The notes beneath the pieces are model-generated. The model had not been told where the DNA came from. It saw only the letters and a list, made by a program, of their open reading frames with translations, and ran no database searches. The position numbers and the translations under genes are program-made. DNA of 64,000 nt from an uncultured Granulicella sp. (GTDB lineage: Bacteria > Acidobacteriota > Terriglobia > Terriglobales > Acidobacteriaceae). The DNA lies in contig OZ196157.1 in the NCBI GenBank assembly GCA_964282835.1, positions 60,600-124,599 on the forward strand, given 5' to 3'. Positions 41,920-52,061 of this stretch are shown in pieces (positions within the stretch are counted from its first letter, which is position 1; the number at the start of each line of letters is the position of its first letter).

Positions 41920-43254
41920 CTAAGCCTTCAACTCCGCAGGTGGAATAGGAGGACTGACGAGCGTGAAAAGAACGACGGCGGAAAGCGCGGACAGCACGGA
42001 CACGGCGTAGAAGACAGGGCTATAGCTATGGTGGTTCTCAAAGACCAAGCCCGCAGCCAGCGGCGCGAACGCGGCCAGGATGGAAACAAATGGCACCTGG
42101 GCGCCCATGATGGATGCAAAATGCATGGGCCCAAAGTAGTTGGCGACGGTAGTAGACCAGCACACGAGCGAACTGCCGTTGCCTAGCCCGAGCGCGACCG
42201 AGCAGGCGTAGACCTTCCAGTCGGCCGTCGCGTTTACCATGCCGAGCATGCCGGCGCACATCAGCAAGGCGCCTGTGCCCCAAAGAAGGCGCGGCTCGAA
42301 GCGGTCTCCCAGTACCCCGGTCAGGAGCTTACCTGCCGTGGCTCCAATCGCGAACACCGAAACGGAAAAGGCTGCGGTCTGGTGCGTGTGGCCGAGGTCC
42401 ATCAGGTGCAGGATACCGTGCGCCAAGTAAACGTAGATGGAACTCATCTGCGCCAGGGCGCCGAGCAGAATCATCCAGAACGCCTGGGAGTGCATGGCTT
42501 GCCGAACTGTCCACATGGTTTCAGACCGAAAAGTGGAGGCTCGCCGTGGGACCGTCGCGATGGCGCTCTTGAGCGAATCGTCCATGCTGCCTGCGGGCGC
42601 GACACCATCCGCGAACTGCTCTACATCGGCCGGCTTGCCGATAACAAACAACGATGCGGCGACACCTGAAAGCACCATCAGAACCGCTGTAAACAGCCAG
42701 CCTGTTCGCCAGGTGCCCATAGCGCTAAGACGCGTGAGCAGCGGCGGCGCAACAAAGCCACCCAAGCCACCCGCGGTCCAAAGAAGCGAGATCGCAAGGG
42801 CGCGCCGCCGGGTGAACCATCTGGCCACACAGGTCTGTGCCGGCACCTGGGTCGATAATCCGATGCCAAGGCCGATCAGCACTGAGGAGATACCGGCAAA
42901 CTGCCAGGGCCGCGTCAATACAGTGCCATTCAGCGCCATGCCGAGCGCCATGATCAAGCTGCCGACCAGGATGGTTCGTCCCGTGCCGATGCGTCGCATA
43001 CACCATGCCGTAAGCGGACCGGAAAGGCCGAACACGCAAGCGGTAATCAGCGCAATGTATCCCAGGAGCCGGCGGTCAAAGTGCAGGCCGAGTACAGTTC
43101 CCGCGTTCAACACCGTGCCGCCGTACTGCGAGAAGCCCATGTTGATGAGAAAAACAAAGGAGAGCGCACCAAGCACACGCCAGCCGGAAAACTTTTCCTG
43201 TTCCACGAGTGTAAGTGGCGTTGAAGAAGTTGTTGTGAGCGACATGGCCTGCAT
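41920..43254 (-). CDS. MFS transporter
   Basis: About 12 hydrophobic helices, with a loop motif between TM2 and TM3 (MRRIGTGRTILVGS). Confidence 0.75.
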   Translation of the reverse strand: MQAMSLTTTSSTPLTLVEQEKFSGWRVLGALSFVFLINMGFSQYGGTVLNAGTVLGLHFDRRLLGYIALITACVFGLSGPLTAWCMRRIGTGRTILVGSLIMALGMALNGTVLTRPWQFAGISSVLIGLGIGLSTQVPAQTCVARWFTRRRALAISLLWTAGGLGGFVAPPLLTRLSAMGTWRTGWLFTAVLMVLSGVAASLFVIGKPADVEQFADGVAPAGSMDDSLKSAIATVPRRASTFRSETMWTVRQAMHSQAFWMILLGALAQMSSIYVYLAHGILHLMDLGHTHQTAAFSVSVFAIGATAGKLLTGVLGDRFEPRLLWGTGALLMCAGMLGMVNATADWKVYACSVALGLGNGSSLVCWSTTVANYFGPMHFASIMGAQVPFVSILAAFAPLAAGLVFENHHSYSPVFYAVSVLSALSAVVLFTLVSPPIPPAELKA

Positions 43255-43354
43255 CTCGTTTAGAAGGGGTTAGGGGTTAGGGACAGCGACTGGTAGTTTG
43301 ACCGGACGTGCGTCACGCGCATGGCACATCCAGCTTTCATCGAGTGCTATCAGC

Positions 43355-46300
43355 TTAGTAGTTCAACTTAAGAGCGAACTGGATCACGCGTGGGCCGGCG
43401 CTGCTGCTGTTGATGACCCCGAGCGTTGAAGGTACCAGCACGTTGTTATTTGGGTTGTTGAAGTTGGCGAAGTTGAAGACATTGAACAACTCCGAGCGGA
43501 ATTCGAGGTTCGTCTTCTCGACAAAGGGAAAGCGCTTGATGACGCTGAAATCCACGTTCCGCTGACCCGGTCCGCGTAACAGATTGCGGCCCGAGGTACC
43601 ATACGGCGGTGTGTTGGTGCAGGAACCGGCAAAAGCGCTGGTATTGAAGTAGTGGTTGAGCCGAGCCTCCGCCGAGCCGGAGTAGCCGGGCGTCTGGCCG
43701 GTGACAAGGTCGGCCCGATTGTAGAGCGCGGAACCGGAGATGCAGTCTACCGAGAACGGTAGTCCCGTCTGGAAAACAGAGATAATGGAAGCGCCCCAGC
43801 CGTTGGCGGCCTCGGACAGAACGTGTGAGTCGCCGTTGTATGCTCGGCCAAGATCATAGATGCCGCTGATCACGATGCGCTGCGTGCGGTCGAAATCCGA
43901 CGCGCCGTATTGCTGCTGAAGGTTGTCCTGGTCTCCGGGCAGGGCCGCGAGTTCGTTTTCAGGCGCGCCGGAGTTGTTGTCGAGCGACTTTGAGTAGGTG
44001 TAAGCCACAAGCGCCTGGAGATGTTTATCGAAGCGTTTGGTAAGGCTGGCCTGCAGCGAGTTGTAATTCGAAGCGGCATTACTCTGGGCCAGATCAAGCC
44101 CATTCAGAGCCTTGTTGCTCGAAAATCCGGAGTTCTGGAGCACCGCCGGAGAATTCGTCTGCCCAAGCGTACTCACGTTGATAAGGTGCGTGCCCTTTGC
44201 GCCGGCATAACCAACCTCGAATAAGTAGTTGCGCAAAGGCTCGTATTGCACGTTCAAGTTGTATTGGTACGTGTAAGGCGAGGTGAAGTTCTTATCGACA
44301 TAGAGGCCGCTGATGGGCGTTTGTGTGCCCGCGAGCGGAGCCCCAAAGAAATAGAACGGGATGGGCGATGGTACGGTTGCGGGCAGAGGAAATGTCAGAT
44401 TGGCTAGGTTGGGGAACGTGGCCGCAAAATTACCCAGGCCCACTCCTACAATGTCATACGGGTAGTCGAAGATCTGTAGGTTCGCAACGCGTGAAGAGAA
44501 GCGGTCGAAGTAGATACCGAAGCCGCCGCGAACGACGAGATTATCCTTGCCGGTCGGTTTGAGGCTGAAGCCTACGCGCGGAGCCACGTTGTATTTATCA
44601 GGATTGAGCGTCTGGTTGCCGCTCAGCAGGTTGAAGCCGTTGTTGGGTGCACCGCATGGCGCAGCTGATGTGCAAGCCGTGGTGTGATTGGCAAGAAAGA
44701 CATTCTCATCGAAGTTGACCAGGCGCCCGCGAATGTCGCTGAAACCACCAAAGCGTTGGAAACGCAGGCCCGCGTTGACGGTAAGATTCGGCGTTACACG
44801 GATGTCATCCTGAAGGAAAGCATCGGCATCTTTGGCGCGAAAGCCTCGGTCGGGCACACCGTTGCCGAGCAGACCGGTAAGCGGCGCAGTGGGAGTGCCA
44901 CCGCTTAGAAATTGCTGGAAGGTGTTGACCAGGATCTCGCCACGGCTGAAGAAATTGAAGGAGAAGTCCAGGCGCTGTACATAGAAGTCACCACCCACGC
45001 GAATATTCTGGCGCCCGTGCGTATAGGTGACGGTATCGGCGAACTGGAATGTGCCGGTCGTGCTGTGCTCATCGATCAGCGGCGCGGACCCTACGGTGAA
45101 GAGTCCATTTACCTGAATGGTGGCGAGCCCTGGGAAGCGTCCTCCGAGCGGGTTGCCGATGCCGACCTGCGCGTTGGTCAGAGGCTCCTGCGGAGCACTG
45201 TAAACTCTAACTCGATTGAAGCCGGCGTGAAAATCGTTGATGACGTTGGCGCTGAACAGGTGGGTTTCATCAATCGAGATAAGACGGTTGCGCAGGTAAA
45301 CGCTTGCGCCGAAACCAGGCGCCTGGAAGGGATTCGCACCCAGAAACGTCGTCACCCCCTGCAACTGGGGCGCGTTCGCAGAAAAGAAGTGTGCGGCGAG
45401 ATGATCCTTCGAGGTCAGGTTGTGATCGAGGTTTATGTCGAATTGTTCTTCACGAAAAGTGGAAAGTGCGCTGAGGGACGTAGAGCAGGTTGTTGTGCAA
45501 TTGATGCCGGAGGCGCTTGGAATCGCGAACTGCGCATTGGGCAGCGTCGCCTGAAGCAACGCAAGCGCAGTCGGGTTGATGGCGGCGACACCCAGGCCGG
45601 CGGCAAGGGCCGTCAGGGCGGCCGAGCTTCGGTTACTGGTCAGGCCGACCGGAATATTCAGCGTGGTCAGGCTGTTGTTCGGGTCGGCGCCGTTCTTTTC
45701 CCGCGTGCCCTGGTAAGCGAAAAAGAAAAAGGTTTTATCTTTGTAGATAGGACCGCCAATCGTTCCGCCAAATTGATTGCGGCGAAGCTCGGGGCGGACT
45801 CCGGGATGGTCTTGCTTGAAGAAGAAGTCGGTGGCGTTAAGGTCTTCGTTGCGGAAGAATTCGAAGGCTGTGCCATGGATTGCGTTGGTGCCGGACTTGG
45901 TGACCAAAGCGACGTTTCCACCCGTGTTCCTGCCCTGCGTGGCATCATAAAGCGCGGTCTGCACGATGAACTGCTGGATGGCATCCGGAGAGGGCACGGC
46001 GAGGTTAGGCGTGGAGTTAGTGCCGATCGAGTTAGCCTGGATGCCATCGATAACAACGTTATTCGAAGTGGCCTGCTGGCCCCCCACATTGATGTCCGCG
46101 TCCCCACGTCCGAGCGCCGTGTTGTTGGCGATGTTCGACGTGACGCCCGGGGAGAGTGAAAGCAGCTGCTCGAAATTTCTGGTGGGCAGGGGCAGATCAT
46201 GCACCTGGCGCTCATCGATGACCCGCCCGTTGGTCGCATCTTCCGTGTTGAGGAGAGGAGCCTCGGCCGTAACGGACACGGTGGTCGACGTACCGGCGAC

Positions 46301-46627
46301 CCCGAGCAGGGGCGAAACATTGACGGACTGCGTGATCTGAACTTCGATTCGCTCTGCGGAGTACCGCGCGAATCCCGATGCATCTGCCGTCAGCGTGTAG
46401 ATGCCTGGCGGAAGCTGAACAAAGTTGTAGGTACCGGTACCACCTGTTGTAACGGTTCGGTCGGTGCCATTGTCGCCTTGGATGTGGACGGTGGCGTTAG
46501 GAAGCGCTGCACCTCGTAAGTCACGAATCGTGCCTAGCACCTCGCCGGTGGTGGCGGTTTGCGCATACCCTGCAACAAAGGTTGAGAACAGCAAGAGAGA
46601 GATAGATGTGAAGCGGATTGCGATCAT
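43355..46627 (-). CDS. TonB-dependent receptor with N-terminal carboxypeptidase-regulatory-like domain
   Basis: Start at MIAIRFTSISLLLFSTFVAGYAQ (GGAGGA upstream). GTIRDLRGAALPNATVHIQGDNGTDRTVTTGGTGTYNFVQLPPGIYTLTADASGF, plug-like HDLPLPTRNF, and a terminal ...PRVIQFALKLNY. Confidence 0.85.
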   Translation of the reverse strand: MIAIRFTSISLLLFSTFVAGYAQTATTGEVLGTIRDLRGAALPNATVHIQGDNGTDRTVTTGGTGTYNFVQLPPGIYTLTADASGFARYSAERIEVQITQSVNVSPLLGVAGTSTTVSVTAEAPLLNTEDATNGRVIDERQVHDLPLPTRNFEQLLSLSPGVTSNIANNTALGRGDADINVGGQQATSNNVVIDGIQANSIGTNSTPNLAVPSPDAIQQFIVQTALYDATQGRNTGGNVALVTKSGTNAIHGTAFEFFRNEDLNATDFFFKQDHPGVRPELRRNQFGGTIGGPIYKDKTFFFFAYQGTREKNGADPNNSLTTLNIPVGLTSNRSSAALTALAAGLGVAAINPTALALLQATLPNAQFAIPSASGINCTTTCSTSLSALSTFREEQFDINLDHNLTSKDHLAAHFFSANAPQLQGVTTFLGANPFQAPGFGASVYLRNRLISIDETHLFSANVINDFHAGFNRVRVYSAPQEPLTNAQVGIGNPLGGRFPGLATIQVNGLFTVGSAPLIDEHSTTGTFQFADTVTYTHGRQNIRVGGDFYVQRLDFSFNFFSRGEILVNTFQQFLSGGTPTAPLTGLLGNGVPDRGFRAKDADAFLQDDIRVTPNLTVNAGLRFQRFGGFSDIRGRLVNFDENVFLANHTTACTSAAPCGAPNNGFNLLSGNQTLNPDKYNVAPRVGFSLKPTGKDNLVVRGGFGIYFDRFSSRVANLQIFDYPYDIVGVGLGNFAATFPNLANLTFPLPATVPSPIPFYFFGAPLAGTQTPISGLYVDKNFTSPYTYQYNLNVQYEPLRNYLFEVGYAGAKGTHLINVSTLGQTNSPAVLQNSGFSSNKALNGLDLAQSNAASNYNSLQASLTKRFDKHLQALVAYTYSKSLDNNSGAPENELAALPGDQDNLQQQYGASDFDRTQRIVISGIYDLGRAYNGDSHVLSEAANGWGASIISVFQTGLPFSVDCISGSALYNRADLVTGQTPGYSGSAEARLNHYFNTSAFAGSCTNTPPYGTSGRNLLRGPGQRNVDFSVIKRFPFVEKTNLEFRSELFNVFNFANFNNPNNNVLVPSTLGVINSSSAGPRVIQFALKLNY

Positions 46628-46942
46628 ACTTTCCTCCAAACGTTGACGTTTCAACTGTGATCCACTCAGCACGATGTTGTGCGTCCAACGGGTAAGTACG
46701 CGCGTTGAAGCACCGTTCGACCGCTCTCCGGCGTTATGTAAGCTGCTGATGTAGAGAATTTGTGTACCCGTTCGCGATGATGTGGACCTGCTACCATCAA
46801 GCCGCCGCGTTATCCAAAATGTCTACTTGAGTCGCTTTAACCCTTACGATCCGCGCACCTCCGCAGCAGGTTGATGTGGCTCCTGGGCAAGATGGCGCCG
46901 GCAACTCCGCAGTGCCGGGTTGAACACCATTTGTCTAGGCAG

Positions 46943-47010
46943 CACATCAACGAACAAACGCTCAAAATATGAACGTCCGATTTATATGTCGTCAACGGCG
47001 AAGCTGTCAA
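46943..47010 (-). promoter_or_regulatory. Second copy of the TTGACA-N18-TATAAA promoter and operator-like element, about 350 nt upstream of the TonB-dependent receptor gene
   Basis: On the minus strand: -35 TTGACA (47010-47005), 18-nt spacer, -10 TATAAA (46986-46981), then CGTTC-N7-GAGCG (46975-46959). 37/45 core positions are identical to 37603-37649. Confidence 0.55.
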
Positions 47011-47289
47011 GTAGTTCCATGAATTCCGCTCGGCAGAGCAGGCTTAGCATTTTGCGGCGCTTGGCCTTTGATGAATGGGCGGTGGATAGCGAGTCTGAGT
47101 ACATCGAGACGGCCGTCACCCTCCTCGGGCGCTGGCGATAGTCCGAGACACAACGCAAAGAAGTGCGCCACCATGTGAGAGCATCTAAGCTCGCGGCGCC
47201 TGAAGTCTTCGCAGACGATTCAGGCCGAGCTCTTGAACGCCTGATTCGGCGCCGTTGTGCCTTAACTGAAGAATCCTACCCTACTTCTT

Positions 47290-48453
47290 CTATTTGAAGC
47301 CGAGTTGATGCAGGGCGCTCTTCAAGCCTTCTATATCGGCCCCGGTCGTTCGGTAGACGACTTTGCCGTCTTCATTCAGAAGGTAGGAGCCGGGGAAAGC
47401 TTCTGTGACCTTGTACTGTTCGAAGATGCTCCCTTTGCGGACGTTTCCGCCAAGCACCACCGGAAACGTCAGTCCCGCGCTCGCCCTATACTTTGAGGTC
47501 AGGGCCGCTGCATCCCCTTTGTTGATGGCAACGATTTCAAAGCCCTGATCGGTAAATTGCTTGTAGAGGTTTTCGAACTCGGGAAACTCGACGCGGCACG
47601 GAGCGCAGTTGTAGTACCAGAAGTTCACCAGCAACGCTTTTTTGCCTCGGAGCTCCTGGTCCAAGGTGATCAGCTTGCCTTCGGGTGTACGAAGCGAAAA
47701 GACCGGCGCAGCCGCTCCCAGCGGCAGCATGCCATCCGTGCCGCTGACAGCCGCCTGTCCGGCTTTCGGCACAAAGTGAAAGCTTGTCTCCGCGATCTTC
47801 CCGTGATGCACATTGGTCAGCGTGGCTTGGAAGAGGGCCGCGTTCGGGCCCTCACCAAATTGCACACTGCTTTCCACCAGATCTCCTTTCGCGTTGAACG
47901 CAAGTTTTTCAATGTAAACCCCCATAGGGCTGTTGCCTTTGACCAGAACGCTTGGAGAACTGGCGCTGTCACCGGGGTGCGACCCCACCTCACTGTACGT
48001 CGCAGTCTTGTCCGGAGTTGCTCCAAAGGGATTCACGCTCTGGGTAAAGAAGAAGCGGAATGGAAGCCCCCACCAGGGACTATCAAGCCCAGCTCCTATC
48101 CCATCCATCGGGGCCTCTTCAAACTTGTCTTCACTCGAAGCGAGATATCTTGTCTGCCCGTTGGAGACGAGCAGGACCTCAGGGTAGTCGCCTTGGAGGG
48201 TGATGCGCCCCAGGTTGGGTTTCGCCAGCTGAACCGTGCCCTTCGTCTGGTGCGTCACACCTCCAATGCGCCAGGTCAGGAGCATGTCGCCACTCAACGT
48301 CAGGCTAAGCCGGCTCTCCGCGACGGCCTTCCCCAATATCCGATCGCGTTGTTGATCGTGCCTCGGCGATTGGCTCGAGGCTGCCGGGATGAGAAGAAGC
48401 GAGAACAACGCGAAAGACCAGCTATACATTGCGCTTTCAGAAAAGTCGAGCAT
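47290..48453 (-). CDS. TlpA/ResA-family thiol-disulfide oxidoreductase with N-terminal LolA-like domain
   Basis: KKALLVNFWYYNCAPCRVEFPEFENLYKQF (CxxC thioredoxin fold). Signal peptide MYSWSFALFSLLLIPAASSQ. Confidence 0.75.
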   Translation of the reverse strand: MLDFSESAMYSWSFALFSLLLIPAASSQSPRHDQQRDRILGKAVAESRLSLTLSGDMLLTWRIGGVTHQTKGTVQLAKPNLGRITLQGDYPEVLLVSNGQTRYLASSEDKFEEAPMDGIGAGLDSPWWGLPFRFFFTQSVNPFGATPDKTATYSEVGSHPGDSASSPSVLVKGNSPMGVYIEKLAFNAKGDLVESSVQFGEGPNAALFQATLTNVHHGKIAETSFHFVPKAGQAAVSGTDGMLPLGAAAPVFSLRTPEGKLITLDQELRGKKALLVNFWYYNCAPCRVEFPEFENLYKQFTDQGFEIVAINKGDAAALTSKYRASAGLTFPVVLGGNVRKGSIFEQYKVTEAFPGSYLLNEDGKVVYRTTGADIEGLKSALHQLGFK

Positions 48454-48526
48454 GTGACGAAGCTACAGGCTTACGGGCCGAAGCCTACTTCCTTTCGGTA
48501 AACCGGCCATTTGCAAGGGCGAACGG

Positions 48527-49261
48527 CTAAAGGTGCAGTGCCTGCAACGCTTGGAGCCCGGCGCGACTACTGGAAACCTCAGAGCCATCCGACATCTGAA
48601 GGATGATGCGCCGCCCATGTTGACTCGCCTGTTTTACATGCGCCAGATTGACGATGTCGCACCGATGAACGCGCACAAAAGAAAGCGGGTCGAGCCGTGA
48701 AGCCATCTCGCGCAAGGGCAGGTGGACCATCAGCCGTTTGCCCCTCACATAGAGAGCCGTGTAGTCGTCATCCGATTCCAGGCGAACGATGTCCATTACT
48801 TGGACCGGAAGCAATGTGCCGAGATGACGGACGAAAAAGTGCTGGAGGTAAGTGCCTTCGAACACACTGCTCAAGCGGTCGCCCAGCAGCTCAGGAGTAT
48901 GCCCCGCCGCTCTGCGTTTGCGGATGCGGCCGAGCGCCGTGGCAAAGCGTTCCGGGAGCACCGGCTTGAGGAGATAGTCGAACGCGCCCAGCTCGAACGC
49001 GGTCGTGGCATACGCGTCGTGCGCTGTGATGAAGATGATGGAAACGTCGCGATCGATTTGCCTTGCCAGTTCTACGCCCGACATCTCAGGAAGGTGAATG
49101 TCGAGAAGCAGAAGGTCCGGCGTGGTTTCCTGAACGAGGGCCAGGCCGCTACGCCCGTCGGCGGCCTCTCCGACGAGGTCTATGTCGCTCTCCAGGGCGA
49201 GATAGGAGCGCAGGAGATCCCGCGCGAGAGGCTCATCTTCCACCACTGCGGTGCGGATCAT
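48527..49261 (-). CDS. LytR/AlgR-family (LytTR) response regulator
   Basis: Start at MIRTAVVEDEPLARDLL, in an ATGA overlap with the kinase stop. Receiver LLLLDIHLPEMSG. C-terminal LytTR domain ESDDDYTALYVRGKRLMVHLPLREMASRL...FVRVHRCDIVNL. Confidence 0.85.
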   Translation of the reverse strand: MIRTAVVEDEPLARDLLRSYLALESDIDLVGEAADGRSGLALVQETTPDLLLLDIHLPEMSGVELARQIDRDVSIIFITAHDAYATTAFELGAFDYLLKPVLPERFATALGRIRKRRAAGHTPELLGDRLSSVFEGTYLQHFFVRHLGTLLPVQVMDIVRLESDDDYTALYVRGKRLMVHLPLREMASRLDPLSFVRVHRCDIVNLAHVKQASQHGRRIILQMSDGSEVSSSRAGLQALQALHL

Positions 49262-50358
49262 CGGAGCGCCATTCCCTGCTCCGCTTCCGCAGGCAGCTCG
49301 TATTCGCGCGCATCCTGCGGAATGGAAAACGATACGGTACATCCACAGCCTGGTGCCGCTTGAACCTGAAACCCTGCACATCCCTGGCTGAACAGCTCCA
49401 GACGCTGTCGCACTGTGCGTAACCCAAGCCCCTGCGCGCCAGCGATTACTGCGGGATCGCTGCCGAGGCCATCATCCTGAATCTCCAGATGCAGCACCCC
49501 TTTGAGGACCGTTGCCCGCAGCGTCAACGTTCCGATTGCTGCTCTTGGCTCAAGCCCATGCCGAATCGCATTTTCCACCAGCGGCTGCAGAGTAAGGGGC
49601 GGCAACCTGCAAACCAGCGCAGCGGCAGCAATTTCGCGCCGGACCTGCAGGCGCTGGCCAAACCGCAGGGCCTCCAGGGCAAGGTACTGCTCAGTAAACT
49701 CCAGCTCCTGTCGCAGGCTTACTCCTTCCTCTTCCGTATTCTGGCCTAACGTGTAGCGCAGCATGGCCGCGAGCTGTGCGATTGCCTGCATTGTGCGCGG
49801 CTGGCCTGGACTGGCCAGAGCCATGATGGAGTTGAGGGTATTGAAAAGGAAGTGCGGATTGAGCTGGGCACGCAGGGCGGATAGTTCAGCAACGGTACGG
49901 AGCGACTCGGCTTGCTCACGTCGGCGCTGTTCCTGCTGCAGTCGCTGGTTAACCTGGGCAACATACAGCAAACCAGCCATGTTGCCGTAGATCATCAAGC
50001 CGCTGAAGAACTGCCATTGCAACGCATAACCGCTGAAGTAGATCACCCGCAGCCGGTGTGTCAGCAGTGCCTGGCCGACTGTACCAATGACCAGCACGCC
50101 GAAGTACCACAGAGAGGAGTAGACAAGCGCGGACGCTAATTGCGCCGGATAAAACCACCAGCGCGCATGCAGGCGCCAGTTGAAAACTTTAGTCCAGGGC
50201 ACGATCAACACACCGAACCCAACGGCCGGAGTGATGTTGTAGAGCGTAAGCCGTAACGCGTCCAGATTGCCGGGCAGAATGCGGAAGAGCACAAAGTAGC
50301 TCAAGGCAAGAGGCGACCATGCAGCGATGTAGAAAAGCCAGAACCTGCGTCGCATCAT
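49258..50358 (-). CDS. LytS/YehU-type sensor histidine kinase
   Basis: Start at MMRRRFWLFYIAAW. Five or six TM helices, then the His_kinase motif LRAQLNPHFLFNTLNSIMAL and an HATPase region LVENAIRHG. Confidence 0.8.
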   Translation of the reverse strand: MMRRRFWLFYIAAWSPLALSYFVLFRILPGNLDALRLTLYNITPAVGFGVLIVPWTKVFNWRLHARWWFYPAQLASALVYSSLWYFGVLVIGTVGQALLTHRLRVIYFSGYALQWQFFSGLMIYGNMAGLLYVAQVNQRLQQEQRRREQAESLRTVAELSALRAQLNPHFLFNTLNSIMALASPGQPRTMQAIAQLAAMLRYTLGQNTEEEGVSLRQELEFTEQYLALEALRFGQRLQVRREIAAAALVCRLPPLTLQPLVENAIRHGLEPRAAIGTLTLRATVLKGVLHLEIQDDGLGSDPAVIAGAQGLGLRTVRQRLELFSQGCAGFQVQAAPGCGCTVSFSIPQDAREYELPAEAEQGMALR

Positions 50359-50522
50359 CCTGCACTCCTCCTTCCATCCTCCGACGAACTTCAACGCTTC
50401 GGACACCTTTTCGGCCAAGCAGTCATGCCCGGCGGTGAGCGGCGCGACCCGTTTACCGTTCCCTATGGATCGTTCGCCGAACTCCTGCCCTGCTTGCACA
50501 GCCGCCGCTCTACGCTGCTCTT

Positions 50523-51908
50523 ATGACAAGACTCGCTGCTGCTCTTATTTTTCTCACCATCGTATGTGCCGGCACTGCCTGGGCGTCCGTTACGGTTGCT
50601 CCCATGGTGAGTTCGAGTGTACTCGACGGCGAGTCGCCCCATCTCCTGATTGCAGGGTTGAAGCCTGGGGAACTCACCACAGTTCACGCATTCCGCAGAA
50701 CGTTGGCCTACGCTCCGGGAAGCTATACCGGAAGTCCCATGCTTGCGCATGCCGAGATTGTCTTTGCCGCGGACAGTACGGGCAGAATCACGGTCGACTC
50801 CGCAGTACCCCTCAGCGGAACCTACAGCGGCGCAGACCCATTAGGGCTGCTCTGGTCCGGGACGCGCCTGCCGCTCGATGGGAAAGTGACTGAGCCGGTG
50901 ACCCGCGATTTACACCTTACTAACAGCAACGAGGTCGTGGTCCGAGTGGAGGCACCATCGCTGGGCACAAAGTGGGTTGAGACAGCGTTCCAACTCACCG
51001 ACGGCGCCGGAGCAGTCACTGTGCAGGAGATCTCCCAGCCTGGGTTGAACGGTGTCTTTGCACGGCCGAAAGCTGCGCCGGCCGGTCCTTTGCCGGTGAT
51101 CCTTCTGCTGCATGGAAGCGAGGGCGGAAGCGAGGAAGCGGCGCGCAACGCAGCCATTCGCTTCGCAAACCTCGGCTACGGGGCCTTGGCGCTCAACTAC
51201 TTTGCATGGTCTCCAGCCGGCCTGACCGGCATTCCCCAGGTTCTGGTCGACGTTCCCGTGGAAGAACTTGCCACCGCCCGCAGCTGGTTGCAGGCACAGC
51301 CCGGCGTCGATGCAGAGCATGTGGCCCTGTGGGGCGCCTCAAAAGGAGCGGAGCTTGCGCTGGTCGGCGCGGCCCACTACGCCTGGGTCGATCGCGTCGT
51401 CGCGTGTGTTCCCAGCAGCGTGGTCTGGGAAGGTTTTGGCCGACCGCCGCTCACCGGCGAAGTCTACTCGTCGTGGAGCATAGACGGCAAAGGCTTGCCC
51501 TACGTACCCTATGACAACTTCAAGGATGCAAACGATCGCAAGTACTCCTGGGCGTTTGTTCACGCCCGCAGTCTGGCAAAAGCCTCTCCCGGGCAGCTTG
51601 CGCTCGCGCGCATCCCGATCGAAAATGCCAAGGCAAACATCCTGTTGCTTGCCGCCACCAATGACGTCGTCTGGCCGTCCGGAGTCATGGCGGATGACAT
51701 TGAGAAAGCACTCTCGACCGCACACACACAAGCAACGGTTCACAGCATGATCTTTCCCAATGCCTCGCATTACATCTGTGGCACGGGTTCCGAACCGCGA
51801 CGAATTAATCTTGTCCACAAGCCGGAGGGCAACGATCCTTCTCCTGAGGCCGATGCGCACGCCGCAGCAACGGGCTGGAAGGCGATCGAAGCTTTTCTTC
51901 GACGCTAA
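50523..51908 (+). CDS. BAAT/acyl-CoA thioester hydrolase C-terminal-domain protein (secreted alpha/beta hydrolase)
   Basis: Signal peptide MTRLAAALIFLTIVCAGTAWA. PVILLLHGSEGG, nucleophile elbow LWGASKGAELAL, and a C-terminal FPNASHYI catalytic His context. Confidence 0.65.
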   Translation: MTRLAAALIFLTIVCAGTAWASVTVAPMVSSSVLDGESPHLLIAGLKPGELTTVHAFRRTLAYAPGSYTGSPMLAHAEIVFAADSTGRITVDSAVPLSGTYSGADPLGLLWSGTRLPLDGKVTEPVTRDLHLTNSNEVVVRVEAPSLGTKWVETAFQLTDGAGAVTVQEISQPGLNGVFARPKAAPAGPLPVILLLHGSEGGSEEAARNAAIRFANLGYGALALNYFAWSPAGLTGIPQVLVDVPVEELATARSWLQAQPGVDAEHVALWGASKGAELALVGAAHYAWVDRVVACVPSSVVWEGFGRPPLTGEVYSSWSIDGKGLPYVPYDNFKDANDRKYSWAFVHARSLAKASPGQLALARIPIENAKANILLLAATNDVVWPSGVMADDIEKALSTAHTQATVHSMIFPNASHYICGTGSEPRRINLVHKPEGNDPSPEADAHAAATGWKAIEAFLRR

Positions 51909-52061
51909 CATCCCACAACCATTACGCCGAACTCTGTATTGCAGCAGCTACAGCCGTTGACGGAATCTCGGTACACCCAGGGTCACCCTTTCCGTCACTG
52001 GCTAACGCAGAGGCTTGAGTTCGGGGTTCGCTTCCGTTACTACACAGTAGGGAAACCTTCA

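Noticed and set aside
46920-47141. A 73-aa + strand ORF in the gap upstream of the TonB-dependent receptor.
   Set aside because: It runs antisense across the conserved promoter/operator copy. It has poor codon character and Ser/Lys-rich low complexity, and no ribosome-binding site is evident.
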